Source: Ramazzottius varieornatus (taxonomy: Eukaryota; Animalia; Tardigrada). Taken from it: a DNA stretch of 64,000 bases. Below the pieces are notes generated by a model. The model was given only the letters and a program-made list of their open reading frames with translations, was not told the origin of the DNA and searched no databases. Positions 59,928-64,000 of the stretch are shown here, in pieces. The translations under genes and the position numbers were made by a program. The first letter of the stretch is position 1, and each line of letters starts with the position of its first letter. The stretch covers positions 1,031,313-1,095,312 of the forward strand of contig BDGG01000016.1 in NCBI GenBank assembly GCA_001949185.1, written 5' to 3'.

Positions 59928-60098
59928 ATTGCGAGCGAAAGCGCACTAGCACAATTCGATACGCATAGTAAAATCGTGACGTCATATGTAAACATTGTGC
60001 GGCTCTTTTAACACAGAGCCTACGAGACGAACATGTTCCTACGATGTCACGATGTTCCGGTACGTATCGAATTGTGCTAGTGCGCTTTCGCTCGCAAT
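59928..60098. repeat. 36-bp perfect inverted repeat (hairpin/MITE) upstream of Argonaute
   Basis: attgcgagcgaaagcgcactagcacaattcgatacg (59928-59963) / cgtatcgaattgtgctagtgcgctttcgctcgcaat (60063-60098). Confidence 0.9.
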
Positions 60099-60270
60099 CC
60101 GTATGTATACTGATGAGCTGCTAAACCGGTGCCGAGCACTGGTCAGAATTAATTTCATCTCTATTGTTGGCAGACAATGGCAGTCAGTCAGTTTCCGTTC
60201 TGCCTGCGAGACGATCTTTCCTTCATCTTGCATCTTTTTGTCTGACAGGTCCAGGGAGAGCGGAAGTCAT

Positions 60271-63200
60271 CATGGAGGTTGCAGGAGATCCTATGGATTA
60301 CCTGAAAGAATTCAGCCGTCGCGGAGAAGTCTACGGCCGCAACGGTGCGCCGACGGAAGTCATCACAAATGCATATCAAGTCAAAGGGCGTAAGTTGTTC
60401 TTTCTTCCCCTTTTCCATTCAGGAAGTGGTATTGAAAGCCTCAGCCCATGGTTTGGTGAGGACTGATGTTGGTTCGTTCTTTAAGTGTCCCGAAAATGCG
60501 AGCTCGACTTCTTCGACGTGAAGATTACCCAAAAAACGCAGACCCGGAAACGAGAATCCGGAAGGAGCAGAACCGAGCTCTGATGCTAAAGACAATTCAG
60601 CAGCTCCAGCATCAGTGGCAGATTGCTCAGCCGCTCTTTGCCTACGACGACGAGAAGACGCTGGTGTTCGTCAACACCCAGATCCCACTGGCGAAGCATG
60701 AAACGGCGAAGGTGATCGTGACGGAACCCGGACGGGGGGACGGATGGCCTTCCAACCCACATTAAACACACCGTCATACTGAAGATCACTAAGAAGCTCC
60801 TCATCACGGATGCTGACTTCCGGCCCATTCCTCCTAAGACCGCGGAAGAGGAACGGATGAGCAGAGTAAGCGTCAAATCAAACCTGACTTTCAACTTTCC
60901 GAATCTCGACTTCTGTATTTTGAACTTCCTGTTTGTGTTTCTATGCAGACTCGAAGGATGATTGAGTGTCTCCAGGCTCTCAACCTTCTGCTGCGAGAAG
61001 CTCTCACTGATCCATCGACTCGCCGAGGTGACAAGCCGGATCTCATGGTCGTTTCTCTTCATGACAAGATCTTCGCCAACGTGCAGGAAGAATACTTCAA
61101 GGATCAGACCAAATGGCGATCGATCTGGTAAGCCTTCTGTCTCTTTACTAACTTAGTTAGATTTCTTCTCTAGGGCCTTTATCTTCACGAGAATTTTCCG
61201 TTGAAAGTTTTTCTTGAAAGAGAACGAGCAACCCATCACTTCCGGAAGATTTTCTGGATTTTTCAAACGCGGAAACGGACGCCGCCCGGCTCCGGTCACG
61301 AGTTTGGTGCCGGAACAGCGGGTATTGACGGCAGCGGAGCAGGTCTTGTTTGGTTGGGTTGAAGTTGCAGGAGGTGACGTCACAATCAGCCATTGCCCAG
61401 TCAGGGCTCTCTGACGTAATCATATGGTTTAGTTCACTTCCGGCTTCAGCAGTACTAACTTGATTGTTTGTTTGTAGGCAAGGCTTCACCGCAGCGTTGA
61501 ACGTGTCCAAGAACGGTTTGGTCGTGAAGGCGGATCTCACCCATTCCGTCTTCTTTCGCGAATGCTCCCTGGCCGAATCCATCGCGCAGATGGCACAGAT
61601 GCTCCTCTTGAGCGCCAACAGCAAAGTACGTCCGTCTTTTTGTCGTTTTGAAAAGCAGTGATGTCCCAATCGAAGCGATAACGTGAAAAGCCCGGTCCTT
61701 GTTTTTGTAGGTGGATCCCAAAGTGGCGTTGAAGGCCGGCCTAGCTTCGACCCTCAAGTCCCGTCTGGTCAAATTCCAGACTGCCGATGGGGAACAGCAC
61801 GCTTCCGGCGTCATCACCAAGGTCCTGTATCGTCCGGCTGCTGATCAGTTCGTGGCGGATGGAGACGAGACCAAAGTCCTCCAGACATACCAGCAACACA
61901 ACCAACGTCTTATGTATCCCAACCTTGGCTGGTAAGTGGAAGTCTTTCGAACTAACTTTCTTTTCAACTTGTGTTTGACACTTGCGGTTGTTTCTTTCTA
62001 GCGTCGAAATTACGGAAGCGGGGTACACGTACCGTGTCCCCTACGAAAAGGTTGTCGTGAAGAACGGGCAGCGCTACAACAAGATGCTTAACAAGCAAGA
62101 ACAAGTAGGTATCGGTCTATTCTTTCTGGATGAGTTGCGTTGGTTTTTCCAACTGTGATTTTTGGTATGCCGTCCCAGTTTTCATGTGATTGACCCTGCG
62201 CTAACTTTGAATGGTGTTGCGTCTTAGATTGTCTTCATCCGCGCTGTCAGCTCGTCTCCCGACCGTCGCATCGGCGCCATCGCCAAGTTCATAAATCTTT
62301 CGAGTAAGCTGCTCTCACATTGAGAATATTACTGGAGGGTTTCGGGATATTTCGAACATTAAGAATATTTCTGGAAACCGAAGAGTTTGTCGGTTGCTGA
62401 ATTTGGTTTTGCATTCCCTCTGGAAAGTTATGGAACAGTTTTTTCGTCTTTCGCAGACGTTCGTCAACATCCTCTCCTTCAGGCCATCGGTCTGGGGATC
62501 CACAACGACTTCATGGACATCCAAGCGCGCATTCTCCCGCAACCAGAACTGGAGTACGGATCAGGTCAGAACAAGATTGCCATGGTGCCTTCCAATGGCC
62601 AGTGGAACATGCCGCGTCACGCTTTCTACCAAGACCCCGCTCAACGTAAGTCTTCCTAGTTTCCATTTCTGGCCTTAATTTTTTGACACTGCAATAAAGA
62701 TCATCAAGCAAATCCTTTCATAAAACTATTCAGTCCTGGAATGGGAGCTCGGCAAACAAATCTGAGAATTGTTTTCCTAAGTGGCGCACGATTTCGCTAC
62801 CGCCACAGCCAGTTTCCGGTTCCCGCTGACTCCGAAAAAAGGTCGCCGAAAATTCAAAAGTTCTCTGATTTTTCAGCGTAAAATGAGCGTAAAATCAAAG
62901 CACGCTCCGATAACGTCATAGAGACGGCGTAAACGCAGCGTTTAACTCAAGACAAAAACATCGTCTGTGAACCCAGCGGGAAACTATGGCGACCCGTAAT
63001 TTTTTTGGGACGGGCACGTGTTTGTTGTCTGTTAGAGTGCGCCACTCCGAACGGCCTACAATCTTGCCGAGGTTGTTTTCCCAACTGGCGCATGTTGTCA
63101 ATGTAACTGTTTGAAAGCGTGCGCTACTTGGAAAACTCGGCAAGATGGCTTTTCCAAGTGGCGCACTGCGTCACTGTTAACTGCCGAAAGCGTGCGCCTT

Positions 63201-64000
63201 CTGTAATAAGATGACGACTCTGACTTGTCCAGTTTCCGAATGTGGTTGCAAAAGTTGATAAGCCAAGGATGAGCCGCAGGTCAAATTGAGCTTTTTCCTT
63301 CTTGCAGCCGCTAATGACAAGGAGAGCCGTGGTCCGACGGTGGTAGTTATCTATCCCCTTCGGGATGGTCGTCCGTGCGTGCCGCAAGGTCCGCCATGGA
63401 CCTTGTGAACAAGCTGATGCAGGAAGGTCACCAGTGTGGCATGAACTGGAGTGGCGCGTTGGAGCCGTACGAGATGCCCAGTGGCAACGACTGGAAGACT
63501 CAAGATACCTTCATGATGGAACGCTTGGGCATAGACGTGGTGAAGAAGATGAGGCCGGGTTTCATTTTTGCCATCTTTGACCGAGGCGCGGATCGTCAGT
63601 ACTCAGGTATTTTGCATAAATTTCTCCTTTGAAAATCTAAAAGGTTTTTAACAGAAATTTTGGATTTTCTTCCCAAATTTCCCGAAAGACTGTTCGTTGA
63701 AGTGGTTGATATTGAAGTTTGCTTTTTATTTACAGACTTCAAGTCGGGAATGGACAACTTCTTCGGTATCCCCGGTCAAGGACTCCTGTGCGACACGGTG
63801 GAACGAAGTCCTCGAGGATGCGTGGAGAACATCATGTACAAGGTCAACGTCAAGTTTGGAGGTGAGCTTTCGAAAGAGCCTATTCCGAAACCGCGTAGGA
63901 AATCTTCGGGATTTCAGTTGAGAATTTGACTGAAATCTTGAACGCGTTGGATGCTGTGTGTTTGCAGGAAACAACAACCAACTGACAGAGAACACGCTGA
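60271..64000 (+). CDS. divergent Argonaute (N, L1, PAZ, L2, MID; PIWI beyond window) with apparent frameshifts
   Basis: GRNGAPTEVITNAYQV; FAYDDEKTL; LQALNLLL; IWQGF; LMYPNLGC..VPYE..VKNGQR; IQARILPQPELEYG..GQWNM; QYSDFK..GIPGQ..NIMYKVNVKFGGNN. Confidence 0.85.
62744..63220. repeat. GGCGCAC-palindrome family, multi-unit and interrupted (Argonaute intron)
   Basis: gggagctcggcaaacaaa...aagtggcgcacg, then ~230 nt unrelated sequence, then further units at 63020-63220. Confidence 0.8.

Overview
Gene-dense eukaryotic genomic DNA with many short GT-AG introns. A giant-type RPFKAY motif, a prohormone-4 gene and a clip-domain protease point to a protostome, probably arthropod-like; the species cannot be determined. 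I reconstructed gene models by eye, so exon boundaries and repeat coordinates are approximate. In order: giant-like PAR-bZIP (5'-truncated), SOCS6/7-like, a full-length but disabled PIF/Harbinger transposon (Myb/SANT gene plus DDE transposase, 14-bp TIRs, ATA TSD), a two-RRM gene, SREK1/SRSF11-like, an ALK-like receptor kinase, a PHLDB-like PH gene, ECHS1, Disabled, a clip serine protease, prohormone-4, an extended MEIG1-domain protein, SPRED, a 7-repeat LDLR/VLDLR-like receptor, and a divergent Argonaute with homopolymer frameshifts (3'-truncated). The dominant unexplained signal is a ~120-bp palindromic element (core CAAGTGGCGCACG-loop-CGTGCGCCACTTG) at more than 20 loci. Most copies lie in introns, and many are tandem arrays of 2-4 hairpins. 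Several other MITE/TIR elements and one 470-nt assembly gap are present.
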